DNA of 64,000 bases from positions 6,014,001 through 6,078,000 of the forward strand of contig OZ316776.1 of the NCBI GenBank assembly GCA_973851085.1, given 5' to 3'. Source of the DNA: Ptychomitrium polyphyllum (lineage: Eukaryota). How positions within the stretch are numbered: position 1 is the stretch's first letter; the number at the start of each line of letters is the position of its first letter. A program made the position numbers and the translations under genes. Of the stretch, positions 13,615-27,731 are shown piece after piece. A model generated the notes under the pieces. It had not been told where the DNA came from and made no database searches. It saw only the letters and a list, made by a program, of their open reading frames with translations.

Positions 13615-16027
13615 TCCACCTCCTTTGAAGAGGACTTTTAGTCAACATCAAATTAAAAATAAGATCATGTTTTTAATTTTAATACTAAAAGGGCCTCACA
13701 AATAAAATTAAGTGATGTCATGCAAGAGGATGATTCAAAGCCCTTTTCTTATTGTAGTCCCTTTAAAAGTAAATTAGAACCACCTTTTAATCCATATATA
13801 AATGTTTTGTTGTATGATTTTGGCTTATGTTGATCAAACTATTATTTCTAGATGTAGCTTAGCCATGTATTTAGTTATGTGAATTTAGTACTTAGGCTCG
13901 GATATAATAAATTCCTTATTGAATGGTAGATGCCTATGTATTTCAACATTCATAAATGCAAAATTAATACACGTTTCTCACATACATGCTACATTTATTG
14001 GATGTCCTTCTTCTTGACATGATTATAGGTGGCTTTTCAATAATATTTTACACAATTCATGGATTTTATCCTTAATTTATATATCCAATTTGTCCATAAT
14101 TAGTTGAATACAAGTTATATACTTTTCAAAGGTCAAAATCTATTTTTTTAATTATTGTTTTTAATTTTTTTTTAATTTTTTTATTCATAAATATATTTAT
14201 CATAATTTAATGTTGATTTTTAAGTAGCTATTTAATCTAATTTATAAGTAGGCTTTAACAAATGCATTTTCTAATCCTTGTTTTAATATGCAACCTATAT
14301 TAAAAAATATTTTAAAATACTTTGAAACAAAATCATATAATACATTAGAGTTGTTCATTAAAATTTTATAAAATACTTTGAAACTCGTTTTTGTCTCAAA
14401 AATAGGTAATGAAGAACTTCTTAAATGTTAAGGTGCAACCAAAGTAATGCAAATTTTGGATTTACTTCAATCTAACTGATATCTTTCAAACCAATCCTTG
14501 GTTTTCTTTAAATGTCCAAAGTTTCTCTAATTGTTTTTTAAACCAATTGTGCATTAGTATTTAGACCACAAGCTACATGAAGACTATTGTTTAGTTGTAT
14601 GGGCTTGAATTTAATATATTTTTTACATATATTAACTACACCACATTAATTGATATTATAAAAAAATATTTGTAGTGCCATTTAAATATTACTTTTTATA
14701 ACATCATAATACAAATAGAATATAAAATCAGTTAATAATGACTTTAGTTTTTTAACAAAATACACTTCTATCTAACTAACTTCTAAAGATTATATTTAAA
14801 GTAGGTAGTTTAAAACCTCTATATGATCAAATGTAGATTGCTATTGTTTATTACATTCTAAACTTATAATTCTACATTAATTTAATATATTCCAATACTT
14901 TATATTTCAGAAAGTATTATTCAACTAATATTTCATTGAATGAGAAATTAGAAAACTTAATTTGGAGCATTTTAACTTTCTAATTATTTTCAAAGAGTCC
15001 AAATGTGAGCAACATTGTAGACCTTTAAGTACTTATTATAGTATTTAAATATTTAAAATATTATGATTTAGAATCTAAACAACAACATATCTATCTTAAG
15101 CAACTCCTGCAGAGCAAGAACTCTGGACACAAAACACCGACTCGCTCTTGCAGAAAGATCTGATCGAGCGTCATTGGTTGCGGAAAGAACAGGAACAGTA
15201 AGAAGAAATGAAGAAATGGAGACAGTGATCGAATAAGTCAATGTAGTAAGAGACTTGTGAGCACTACTACCATGGCACAACCCTTCTCTGCCAATTGAGG
15301 CAGAGACCAGAAAACAATTGCATAGTTTCCAAAATAATTGTTCTTTGACTCATCATCACTAATTCATACTATTCTACTAATTGTTTCTTACCGTTACAAT
15401 CAATGTTCTAAATAAATTAGAAGGAACTAAATTACCTTCTACTCTCATCTCGGGTGCATCAACTTCCAGAAGCTTAACCGACTCCAACAACCTGGACTGT
15501 CTTCTGCACAATCTCATTCTCAAAACACTCCAGATCCAAAACCCTCCCAGCAGTTTGCACATGAACTCCGTTGCTAGCAATCAACTTGGATAGAGGAAGA
15601 CTAAACTCAGCCAAGAAGATTGAATGCACGAAAGAATCGCATGGTACGAGTATCCTACATACCTATCCACAATTGAAGGCATGTGTGCACTGCTGCAATG
15701 GCACCCACCTTCTTCTCTGCCAATTCTGGCAACCAATCGATTTACTAAATTGGAAAAAAAGCAATTCACTCCATCATTCCACGTGCATGATCTTCCAGAA
15801 GCTTCCAATGAACTCCAGCTCTAGATTGATCGTCTCCCAACAACCATCCTCTTGTACTCCAAACCCGAATCAGGAACTTCTACATAAGGTTGGGTCTCAC
15901 AAGGAACACACGCACATGAACTCTGTTGGTTGCTGCTTCGTTGCACGGAAGGAGACCAGATAACGGTATCCATTATCTCGTAACGAAAGAACGAATGCCA
16001 TGAGGATAGCTTACATGAGATCAATCA

Positions 16028-17859
16028 TCAAGAGCCCTCATTAGAAACAAGATTATAAATCTGGGTGCCAATGCCAAGAAAACTGATAGCTATCCCCATC
16101 ACTACCATGGCCCACGCCAGCGGCAGATTCTCACGCACATGGTAGCCACGCTTGTACTTGGATCTGATCACAACAAGAGCCGGGAAGATGAAGCCCAGAG
16201 AGAGGCCAGTGGTGGCGCCCGTGAACTCAAATGCCACCCAGATGTTGGGGATAAGGGTTGAACCGATGAAGATGAGGGTTAGAAGAGCGAGGGTGATGAT
16301 GGCGAAGCGGTGCTTGGAGTCTGGAAGTGGGGAAGCTCGGGGGAAGAGGATGTTGTCGATGGTTTGGCGGAGGGAGAAGTGGATGACGGGGAAGACGAGC
16401 ATGAGATGAAGGACATAGCCGATGCGGATGGTGTTGTTAAGGGCGTTGCTGAAGGGAATTCCTAAGTCGGTGTCGAAGTTGGCGAGCACGTCTGAGTTTG
16501 TGAGGTCGCCGAAGAGGAGGTATCCCGAGAGAGCGGTGGCGCTGTAGACGAGGACGCAAAGGATGGCGGTGATGCGGCCCACTTTGGACATTTTGGCCGG
16601 GGAGCGGTCGTGAAGCTCAAGGTAGATTGGGGGGACGTTGAAGTGGCAGACAAAGGCGTTGGACATGATGGGGATGACAGTGAGGAGCTCCAGGATGGCG
16701 CGCTTGGAGGCGAGCGAGGGGAGCATGCGGGGGGGTTGCAGGGACCCAGCTGCCAGCTTTGCGAGGGCGATGGTGGAGGAGAGGATGACGAAGACGAGGG
16801 CGAGCGCGACCGAAGCCGCGGAGGAGAATTTGAGGGAGTCGATCTTGCGGAGGGAGGAGAGGGGCGCCAGGACGAAGGCCATAGTGATGAGGACGATTAG
16901 CTTGCGGTTGCTCCACCATCCGGCCTGCCCCGTCCACCCCTCGAACAGGCCGACGTGATTCTCCGAGCCAGAGAGGACGTCGCCCATGATGATGAGGTAT
17001 ACGATGAGCACGCCGGCGTTGTTTATCACAATGCAAAGCTGGGCGGCGCCCCGCGCCGCCCAGCCCATGGAATCGCCCACGAGGTCCCCGAACGTCCATA
17101 CTTTGGTGAGCGTCAGGTAGTGCACCAGCATCTCGATGGAAATCTCCGAGAGCAGCCCCATGAGTACGATAGCGAACAGCCCCAGCGGCACGCCTAGCAC
17201 CCTCATGGTGGCCGGCAGCGCCATGATGCCCGCCCCGATGATGGTGGTCGCCAGGTTGAACACTGCGCTCCCCACGTCCGCCGTCGCCAGCTCCGCTCCA
17301 TACTCTCGCTGCGGCTGCTGCGATTGGCTACCTTCTTCCTCAACAGCGACGGCATCTGAAGATGGCGCGCCTCGCACAAGCAGGGGGTGCTCATCTGCCG
17401 GCAATTTCTGATGATTCTGGAGACCTGTGTTACAACAAGCATCACACAAATCATCTGAGTGTCTCTCTCTGCCTCTCACAAATTGAATACCTCTCTGTCA
17501 ATAAATCAATCGCAAATCCAGGTAATCCTCATTTTGCAGGGAATACCAGATTTTTGCCCTCTCGAAACCCTGATGAAGTCTGAGAGCGAAGCGAACTGAA
17601 GACGTCATGGATCTGTAGAAGATTGAAAAGGTATGTTTGTGGGCTCACCTAATTCGAGCTCCGAAGTGGGCAACGAGCCTCGACTCGCACCATCGGGAGG
17701 TGGTTCCGTGAGCGTGGTATACCGAGTATGTCCAACGCGCCCATGCTCGCCGAAGAGCTGAGGCGACGGGGAGCTGAGGTCCACAGCCTCGTATGCCTGA
17801 AGCTCCACCCACTTGTGCTTGGTCGTCTCCAGAGAGCCGATCGGTGACGAAGCTTGCAT
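16028..17859 (-). CDS. Amino acid transporter, AVT6/SLC38-like (Aa_trans family)
   Basis: The long exon 17424-16028 has AVFNLATTIIGAGIMALP, AFVCHFNV, GYLLFG and many hydrophobic helices. A likely first exon 17859-17649 joins in phase 1 (TTAG|gtgagc...cacag|GT). The start codon is uncertain. Confidence 0.9.
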
Positions 17860-18767
17860 ACCTGATAATCAAAAACACTCCCTTGCAATCCAATCCTTCC
17901 ACCGCATCCTCTTCCCTCGCCTCACGTCACTGACCCTGTGCAACCTGTCTCACTATCATCAAATCTCGCAACCTCGCTACGAAGATTTCGCACACATTTT
18001 GAACTTCGCGTTCTCTTCACAGACCTTGTTCACAAAACCAATCACCCCGGCCTGCTTTCTCCACTGGGCCCCCAAGTTTTGCAAAAATCCCATACGTTTT
18101 CCAAAACAGGGATGACAAAAACAGCTTGGAAACTGGGTCAAGATAATAAGTTACATGCGACGTCAAAACCAACAGCCGATCCAGAAAAAGCGAACGAGTT
18201 AGAGACACAGATCGGAGAAGAGACGCTCTTCGAAGCTGCCAAGCTAGGTTTGCGGACGATTGCGCGGTATTGGGTGCGGGGCTTATGGCCGTCTCTTTAT
18301 TGTGATCGTAAGCAAGTGGGTCCCGTAATGTTCTCGTGTAGGAGGTCTTTATACTACAGTATTTCAATATAACGATGAATTTTCAATATGGTATTCACAG
18401 GTAACAGCATCCATACGTACTGTCCTAAGCGTGACTGGGAGCCTACCGAGAGCGTGATTTCAATTGCAACATTTCAAGAAGCTTACACCGGATTATAAAG
18501 GAATGAGCATAAGTTGTTGGAAGACTTTTTAGGCTTAAGAAAATTGTGATGGAAGAGTTCAGAATGTGATGTTTCAAGGATAGCAACTAACGTACTCTTG
18601 AAGTCTTTCTCAAGACGTTGAACATGCCCGGACGTATTGATACAAATACACCAAGGATTATATTTGAAAGGAAACATTTCAGTAAAGTATCAGTGGAGAA
18701 ATATATGTGCTTAACATCACATACTCAATTCTTACTCGGGCCACCGATGTGGAAGATAGTGGTACGC

Positions 18768-21700
18768 CTAATTTTTCAGAAAGAGCTTCTCAATTACTTC
18801 TTTGACATCAGCACAGGGTATGGTGGTGAAACCAGCTCCGACGGTTCCTTTGAGGGCTTTGGCAGCTGACTTCGGCACCACACATTTCTTGAACCCCAAT
18901 TTTGCCGCCTCTTGCAAGCGTCTTTCCATTTGTCCAACCTGCACCGTATACGGCAATCGACTGAGAAGATAGCTACAGTAGATCAGGTGATTGTCTCGAT
19001 GGGGGACCGCTAGATCAGGCCAGGAGTAGCTAAACCTCACAGAATAGATTGCGGTCAAACATGCAAAAACAAGTTAGTAAACAGTCTCCGAGAAGAGATG
19101 ATTACCGATCGAAGTTCACCACCCAAGCCAATTTCCCCTATGAAAGCCATGTCCCGATCGACAGCTTGCTCAAGATAGCTGCAGCAATAATTCAATATAA
19201 AGCTTGTGAGAAAATGATAACTATACAAAATAGAGGTAAACCAACACTTCGAAGACCAGTAATGACCATGCGGTTTGGCTAACAAATTCACGAGTACCGT
19301 TATTGCACCACCATCTATCTTCTGCCATTAAAAAGGTCAGTTTAAAACTGATGGAGAAAGGAGACAAACCTGCTGCAAATTGCCACAGCAATTGCAACGT
19401 CGGCTGCTGGCTCTCGCAATTGCAAGCCTCCCACCACATTTATGAAGACATCCTGCGATTATAAATGGAGACATAACATGTTCTACAAATCAGTCAGTAT
19501 TTGTGATTCAAGATATGGACAATCACCAAAAAATTTACTGAAGGGACCAAAGTGTAGATTGGATAGTGATAAGCGTGGTTGGTGCAAAGTGCGGTAAATT
19601 TTGTAGTGACATAGTTTACTCACCTGATTTGAGAGCTTCAAACTTGCCTGCTTAACGAGCACCTGCATGACAGATACAACGTGAGATTAAGATAGAAAAG
19701 AGCTTCAGAAAAGCTACAACAAATCTCCGCTGTTGTAGTAAAATTTATATAAACAACAGGAGACAGGGAAGATTTACTGCGAGGAGTAGAGAAAGACGCT
19801 GAGCATCAACGCCATTTGCAGTTCGCCTTCCTGGTTGCTGTCCGACTGATGAGCAGAGGGCCTACGCACAGATTGGAAAAAGAAAAAAATCAGATCCTCA
19901 ACAACGTGACAACCATAAATTACGTGGGATTTGACCATCCTCTGTAACTCACAACTGTAGTCAACTCGGGACGTCAATCACAAACATGAATGTAAGTTTC
20001 AGTGATACAAGTTATTCGGTGAAATATCAAATTTGTTCACGGATTTCGGTATGAAAAGATATACACACAACATAATTAACACGTTAAATAACCTCTACTG
20101 AAAGGGGAATGGAAGTACTTAGGACATTAAGAGTACCTGAACTTCAAGGAGAATGGGACGAGAGCCCTCCATAGTAACAGCTACAGCAGCTGAAGCTGCA
20201 TTTGTAGAATCCTGGTTGCGTGCACTAATAAATAGCTCACTCGGAGATGCAACGGCAGCTAGCCCTCCTTGAACCATCTCAAAGACTCCCACCTACAATA
20301 AGACTCAAAACTCTCAGCCGAACTTCCACACAAGGAGATAAACGAAGTGACTTCAAACTGAACTAAGGGTTTCTACACGATAAAATGGAAATGTTGAGAT
20401 AACAACCTCGTTAGTAGAACCATAACGATTCTTGACAACTCGCAGAAGGCGGTGTGATTGTAATCGCTCACCCTGCATCATCAAAGAATTCGTTTGACAT
20501 GGTGCACAGATGACAAATGAGCCCATATAATCCTTCACAGGCTGTAAGCATTGATTTGGACAGATTGCTGATCGTTAAAGAACACCAAGAGCAAACTTGA
20601 TTGTAACAATGAGCGAAGAGGTGACAGAAAACTTAAAGAAATGCCCAAGCGTTGGTTTGATTCTCAGGATCAAATACTGCAATAAAGAGTCAAGAAAACA
20701 TTTTTTAACTAGCTTGCTGAAGATCAAACCTCCATATAGAGGACAACATCGACCACATGCTCCAGTATTTTAGGTCCTGCAATATCGCCTCCTTTAGTCA
20801 CATGCCCCACCTGCGCACATCAACCAAAATCCAACCAAAATTGGAACAGGAAGATAAGGCGCAAAAGTTTCACGCAGATAGATCGCATGTCTGAATTACT
20901 AAATGCACAACTAGGTGAAAAATAAACAAAATAGCAGGTTCGTCAACATTAAACTATCTAGTTCAATGCTTTCTGTTGCAATTTACCATCAGATCATGTA
21001 CATACTAAAATGACGAACATGTGAACTCTCAGTCAGGAGATAACATCGGATTCTAAACCAATGCTTTGACTTCGAATTTTCAGGATAAATGAAGCTTACC
21101 AGAAAAATAGGAACCTTGGTCTGTTTCGCAACTCTCAACAAGGCAGTGGCACACTCGCGTACCTGCACTTGCATCCAGTATTCGCGTTTAGCTGTGTGAA
21201 GGCAAAAAAGGCCACACAAGGCCCTATGACATTAAATGATGACAAGATGAACAAAAGTACTTCAGCCTAGGACGTATTATTTTTGCTGCCCCTCATCCAA
21301 AACACCTGGTGGTCAGTTTTATCTGGTCTCCCAAGGCTGAGAATGACGTTCATAATTTTGCTGAAACGAAATTCAAATAAATCTCACTTGCCCCTGCCCA
21401 TTTACAACCAGCAGTGATAAACGAAGAAGTTGAAACATCACTAATGTATTATCCCTTCCAAAATGAGCGCTAGTTAATGACAAACCTGACTAACACTTCC
21501 AGCACTGCCATTGGCTTCTGCGAGATAAACAGTTTGAATCGAGTCCACGATGACAGCCCGGGGTTGAATTTCTGATATTGCCTTGATCACCAGCTGCACA
21601 AAATAAACGAAAGTGCTTAACATTCACAATGTAGCTCTGGATACCATTACCTGCGTTCATTAACAATTACAATATGCGCACAGGAATAGGAGCCCTGCAC

Positions 21701-23895
21701 TGCGGAATTGGAAACAAAAATATACTGAGGTAGTCATGGTAGGGAGAAAAGCGAACCTCTAGGTCAGTTGCTGAATACAAAAAGAGCTCATGCGCTCTTA
21801 TGCCCAATCGGTCTGCTCGGTTGCTTATTTGCTCCTCACTCTGTTACCCACCCATGTGGTGCGTAGAAATTAACAACGCAGAACACATGTAAAAACTTCT
21901 TCCAGTTCATCTACTCACGTCATGAAGGACAAATGGTTATAAAAAAAGGTTACGGATTCAACACATGCATGTTACGAGCACAGAAATACCAGGTACATGC
22001 TGCAGACTTCTTTTTCTAATCATTAGTATTCAAAAGAATCTACTTCTTATTGTGTTGAAAAAACTGTCTTGGTTGAAACTGCACAGACTCGAAAAGATTT
22101 GAAAATACATCACGAAGCTCGTGGAGAACACTGACGTATTCCAAACGAATACAAACAAAGCATGTACAATCATGTTTTAAGTCGGGCACAACAATCAAAC
22201 AATAATATTCTGCGTCTCTGTTAGGGAATATACCGACCTACCTCTTCTCCTGAAACATAAAGAACAGGACCAGGACCTTGCTCACCGCTACCCTCTGCAA
22301 TGAGACCCGCTACCTGGTTCTCCAAAACCCACGCCCCAAATTTGAAGGTGATTAGGAAAGGGAGGGCACTGAAATACTTCACGGGTTAAAAACACCAGAA
22401 GCGGTATACAAGCGATGCGTCCATGCAAGGGCTGCCATAATCCTCCCGCGAAAACTTTGGTCAATCAAAGGATTTGAAGACTTCTTGATCTCAGAATTAA
22501 TTATCTCAACGAAACATCAAAGAAGAAACACACTTAATCTCTTGAGCACAAGTATACTAAAGCACTCTGTTCAGACCTTAAGAGGACCTTGGTGAGGTAC
22601 AATAACATTTACAAACCACCTTGTCAATCAAAATCACAACGACAAACACAGCCATTTCATCAAGGTAGGCGAAATTCTATCTCACATCGGAGAAGTAACA
22701 TAATGACATGAAGGATACAGAGACTAAAGACAACCTGTAGTAAAAGAGTGCTTTTGCCGACCCCAGGGTCCCCGCCCACAAGAATCAATGAACCTGAAAA
22801 CGCCCCAAAAGACCAACACCTAAAGATCATCTCAGACGGGAAAATGGTACATTACTGTTCAGCAGAACCGAATACAAGGCCAAATCTAACATTCTGAGCA
22901 ACTATGTGAAAACTTCCACTCGTAAGAATGATAAGATTGGTTATTACCTGGTACAAGCCCTCCTCCCAACACCCTTCCAATTTCCTGTCCAGTATCCCCG
23001 TCCCTGTCAGGTTTGCACAGGGGACAGTATTACAAAACCTCATCGACAAGCCTTCATAAACTGATATAACAATCATCACAAATGCTCCTACTGATCGTAA
23101 CCAGAATTGTGGGAGTGTAACCAGAAGCCTGGACAGGAACTTGCATCCATCAGAAACCGCTCCAAGAGAAATCCAAAAGCAAGAGAACTCAGATTCGTAC
23201 AAAGGTAGACGCCAATGCAGCTGTGAATGACCTTTAGTCACATCTGACAAGCGTTGAGGGCCACCACCAACACTCTCAAGCCACGCCCGACCACCTGCTC
23301 GTGGGGATTTCTTGACAGCAATATTAGCCTCTGAGAATACCATGTTCTCCACTGCCCTTGCTCCCGCTCCTCCCCCTTTACCACCATTACCCGTTGCTTC
23401 CTTGAACTCCTTCAACGAGTTCATTGCTTTACAATTTCTACATTGACCCCACCATTGGGCATAAGACTCACCACAATCTTCACATACCCAATGCGTCTTG
23501 GTCTTCGGAGCTGCCTTCTTGCGTCCTAAGCTTGCAAAATCTCTAGCGGCGGCTGCTATAGTGCTAATTCTCTTCTTCTTCACCACAAACCTACAATCCA
23601 TACATGATTGCCCACCGAACAAGAATCTCTCCGATGGCAGCCTCTGAGAGTTCACGTCACTGTATGAAACAAAGTATCTCAAACTGTTTACTCTACTAGA
23701 CTGGCCATTCAGAAAAGGTAAACGCCTTAGGCTTATTGACCAGGTGCATCTGCCGTCGCTCTGCGGTACGACCCGACCTCGAAACTGTACAGCCCGAGAG
23801 ACGATTTTCGTACACAGAGCTACATTCAGAACATGTAAAGCTCCAACTTCGAGACCTCTCATCACGCCTCCTGAAACATAGACAAACTGGGTCAT
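18768..23895 (-). CDS. RADA: Organellar DNA repair protein RadA/Sms homolog, 15 coding exons
   Basis: C4 zinc finger (CEDCG...WWGQCRNC), Walker [51 protein letters not shown] motif and a Lon-like C-terminus ([20 protein letters not shown]). Long N-terminal transit-peptide-like extension. All introns are GT-AG. Confidence 0.95.
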
Positions 23896-26720
23896 CGCTA
23901 CCAAACACGATCTGCCCTGAGACCCTTTAAAACCTCAACCCTGACCTCGAATCTGAACCCTATATCACATCCTTGCAGCTCCACAACGATCACTATCCCG
24001 CAATAATTTGAACCGAACCAAAAACCTTTCTCCTAAATCCAAGCGTACATATGTCAAATCCTTCATCAAGCTCATAAGCTCTGATAAACCAATTGCACCT
24101 GACTGCACATCAATAAACATGATCTCCACAGCTTCCATTAAACCTTAAACCCTACTCAAGCTCCGCAGTGATCCAAAGCCTAGTGCATACATGAGATTGT
24201 GACTTACAGCATGGAGAAACCAGCTCTGCGGTTGATGAGCCTGAGCAATATGTTGGTGTTGAATTACAGCAGATGTTCACATGGAGGTCGATGGTTCCTC
24301 GCCGGTCCAGCGCATGCCGAAGATCGAAAGCTGGAACACGAAGCTAGAGCAAAAGGAGATCTGCAGCCGTTCGGGTGATCACTAAGATGTGATGCTTCAC
24401 CTAGGTTGCCATGACATTCGGTCTTCCGCGACACTGATCCAGTCTGAGATTTCAGATCCACTGCACATGATTCCTTCACTAATTGCTGCAAACTCACCAC
24501 CACTTCCCCTTCACACGACAGCCCTAGTTTGTACTTTCATTTTTCATCTTCTCTATTACTTGAAACAGTAGACACTTCGTCACTCACAAAATAAACATCA
24601 CACAACAACCTGCACCAACAATGAGGTTTGGTGTCACCAATCCTGGATAGCTTGCTATGATGCTGAACATGAACCTCCGAAACTAGCGTCACCAACACTA
24701 AATGTCAACAGAGTTTTGTAAGGAACAGGCACAGTAGAGATGGTTAAGGAACGTTGTCGTCCATAAATCTGTGTACTGTTGCAGTGAATGCCGTATGACA
24801 AGAGATACCATTTTTTAGTACAGAGCTAGTAAGGAGGGTTGATTTTGTAATTCTCTTAGATTCTATTCTCCTTCAACACCCAATTCTAGTGCCATAATGA
24901 GTGCATTTTTGTGAGTGAAGAAGAGAGTGCAGACTACTTTAAATTTTTGCAAACTGAACATGAGTATATGTTTTTTCAGGTGAGAGGAGAGCTTGCAGTT
25001 TGCCTGCGTAATGGGAGAATTCCCTAACTATCCTAAAGATTCCCCCATTATTCTAGGAGGTTTTTTTTTTGAGTTATTTTCATGATTTTTTTGTTTCACC
25101 AAATTTGGATGTCTATGTTCCTAAGGAGTTTGTTAAAAGAATAGTGGGAGAGTTTTAGGATTTCAATTATGTATTGGCACTTATTAAGTGCAATGGGCAT
25201 TTTTTGATGCCATCCAAGATTCTTCAAAGGAAACTATATGTACTTACAATGTAAAGTGCCAGCTACTCTTGATGTTAAGATAAGGCACATAATTCTTTGT
25301 ATAAAGGATGTGTTGCCTAGTGATATTTTGTAGTTTTAAAGCAAGGATGAGTGGGATTTTGGCAACATTTCAAAAATTGTGTTCCATGTTATCTTCTTAT
25401 TGATGGTATTGTGCATTCTAAGAAGATAATTTTGCATGTTAGCCTTTCTTATTTTGTATATATTGATAAAGAAGAAACAACTACAATATTATTATATCAT
25501 TAGTGCCAATGCATTTGGCTCATGGCATATTTGACACCACTTCTTTTAATTTTGCCTTTTGAAGGTTGAATTTGCCCTTATTGTAGGAAGTCTTTTTATT
25601 ATATTACATCTATTATCAAAAATTGAGAATTTTAAGAAAATATGTCATATTTTGATGGCTAATTCATCATTTGTTTGATAACTATTAATTCTATGTTTTG
25701 AAGTTTATACTTTGTAAAAAGGTTGGCAATGAAATTCTATACTAACAATTGTCAAAGACAATTAAGAATAGAGCTTACTTTGCACCTAACCTATCAACCT
25801 CTTACTTGCTTTTTACATAGTCTTCTTATCTTATTTGATTATTAATACATTGTTGTGGCATTTATATTCAATAATATGTGGTTGTGGACTTAATTGTTTA
25901 ATAGATCTCCATAATTAGCTAAAAGAAGTTCTTGAAGATTTGTTCGTGATATTTTTTATTTAATTTTGATAATTGCCAAGTCTCTAATGGTTGTGTTAAT
26001 CAATTTATTGCCTATGGCAATCTTTATGTACACAACATTTGGCTTATATTTAAAATATTCATATTTGATATTTGAGAATGGTAGAAACCATAAAGGATAT
26101 GATTCCTTACAAGTCATTATTTGGCATTTAAAACTTTACATGTACAACTTTAGAATAGTCAATCAACTAGCTTAGTCATGCTAAGCTCAAAAAAAAATAA
26201 ATTGGATTCATGTGAATATTGTATTATATGAAAAGAGAGTTTTTAAATCAATTGGATTTAGAAGCATCTAAAGATTCATCTAAAATTGGTGACTTCAAAT
26301 GCTTGTTGTACATTTCTTTTGCTCACATTTTACTATAAATCATTGATTTAAATGATGTAATGATTGTTTAGCAAATATGAGGAATAAAAGGATTCATCTT
26401 CTTGATTAATTGATAAATTAGAATATTAGTTTTTCTTATTAACATAATTGAATCAAATTTGAAGAGTTTATAATCTTTAGTTTATAAATTCATTCATGAT
26501 TATGGTCTTTATTTCCTTTACAAAAAACATTCTAATTCTTACGATTGATAAATCAATAAGTGACCCTAATACTTATTTGCAACTTGGATTGACTATTTTT
26601 CATTTCGATTTATTTTACTTCTATAATATGTGACATATATGAATGGAATTTGATCCAAAATCATATTGTTTTAGTAACAGAAGCGGCAAGGGCAATGGAG
26701 CCCTGTTCAATTTATCGTGT

Positions 26721-26762
26721 CAAGGGTAAGGGTAAGGGTAAGGGTAAGGGTAAGGGTAAGGG
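26721..26762 (+). repeat. Hexamer microsatellite CAAGGG(TAAGGG)6
   Basis: Read directly from the sequence; seven GGG tracts with 3-nt spacers. Confidence 0.95.
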
Positions 26763-27731
26763 AAAGTGATGACGTGGACCATCGAGGGTAAGAGGAGAAG
26801 ACACGTTGCCAGGCTAGAAGGGCAGCTCATGGGCCGTTGAATAATATCCAGTGATAATGATGAGCCTTTTCTAAAAGTTTCCTTGTGTTCCCAAATGTTC
26901 CCAGGTGTTCCCACACATGTATCCCTTGTTTCATTCATGCGCTGTTGCCATTTGCTAGATCTAGAATCTCCACATAAAGTAGATTATGGTCGTTGTCCAT
27001 TCCAGCCTCGCCTCAGAATATTCATGACCTGACAAGCTCTACATTCACGAGATTCTATCCTTCAAATACCTCAGGAGTCAGCCCCTTCAACTTAACTTCC
27101 TGCCGAAAGGCTACTTGGGGCTGGACAGTATAGTCTTTCACATGGTCAATGAATGATAAAAATAAATGATAAGGTATGAGCACTTAAAACCACCATTTTA
27201 GCATTTGGACGTACCTACACATGCTGAATTTACTTATCATCAATTGTCTTAAGTCCCCATTTAAATAAAAGTAAAAGATCATAATGGAATAAAGAATATG
27301 TTCTTCAAAAATTTTAGGTGTTTACTATAAATTGTTGAAGTTGGAAAACAACAAATTTTTGAAGATTCAATATATAAAGCATGTATCTTAAGTTGAAAAT
27401 CTAAATACATATTGAAAATGGGTGCTCCCATCTTATCCTTATAAAATAAATAGCAACAATTATGTTGGATTGTAATTGTATAAAAACATGCTCACAAGGC
27501 ACATACTTGAAGTATAATATACCTCTATAGTACGTGACTTAACTTCCTACCACTTAATAGTTAAGACATGTACTGTAAAGCTATGTTTTGCTGTTGGAAT
27601 GTGCCTGGTAGTGTAAGCACATTTTCACGTAGGTGTAAATCCTGACACAATTTCTGCTCTCTATCTTGGAGAATATTGATAGAAGAAGAATAAGCAATGG
27701 TTCAAAAGATTCATTGTGGATGCACCATCTC

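Larger units (their letters stand above)
3500..15060. mobile_element. AT-rich region of decayed, nested transposable-element relics; boundaries approximate
   Basis: Sharp GC drop relative to the flanking genes, no intact long ORFs, stop-riddled coding relics, embedded solo LTRs and tandem duplications. Confidence 0.7.

Noticed and set aside
16152..17583. Several overlapping ORFs over the transporter gene
   Set aside because: Shadow frames of a GC-rich coding exon.
25000..26640. Possible LINE or DNA transposon relic
   Set aside because: AT-rich and probably TE-derived, but I could not read a convincing motif, so it is left unassigned.
26720..26938. ORF ending in PYPYPY; true telomere seed
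   Set aside because: The peptide is just the translated microsatellite, and the unit is not TTTAGGG.
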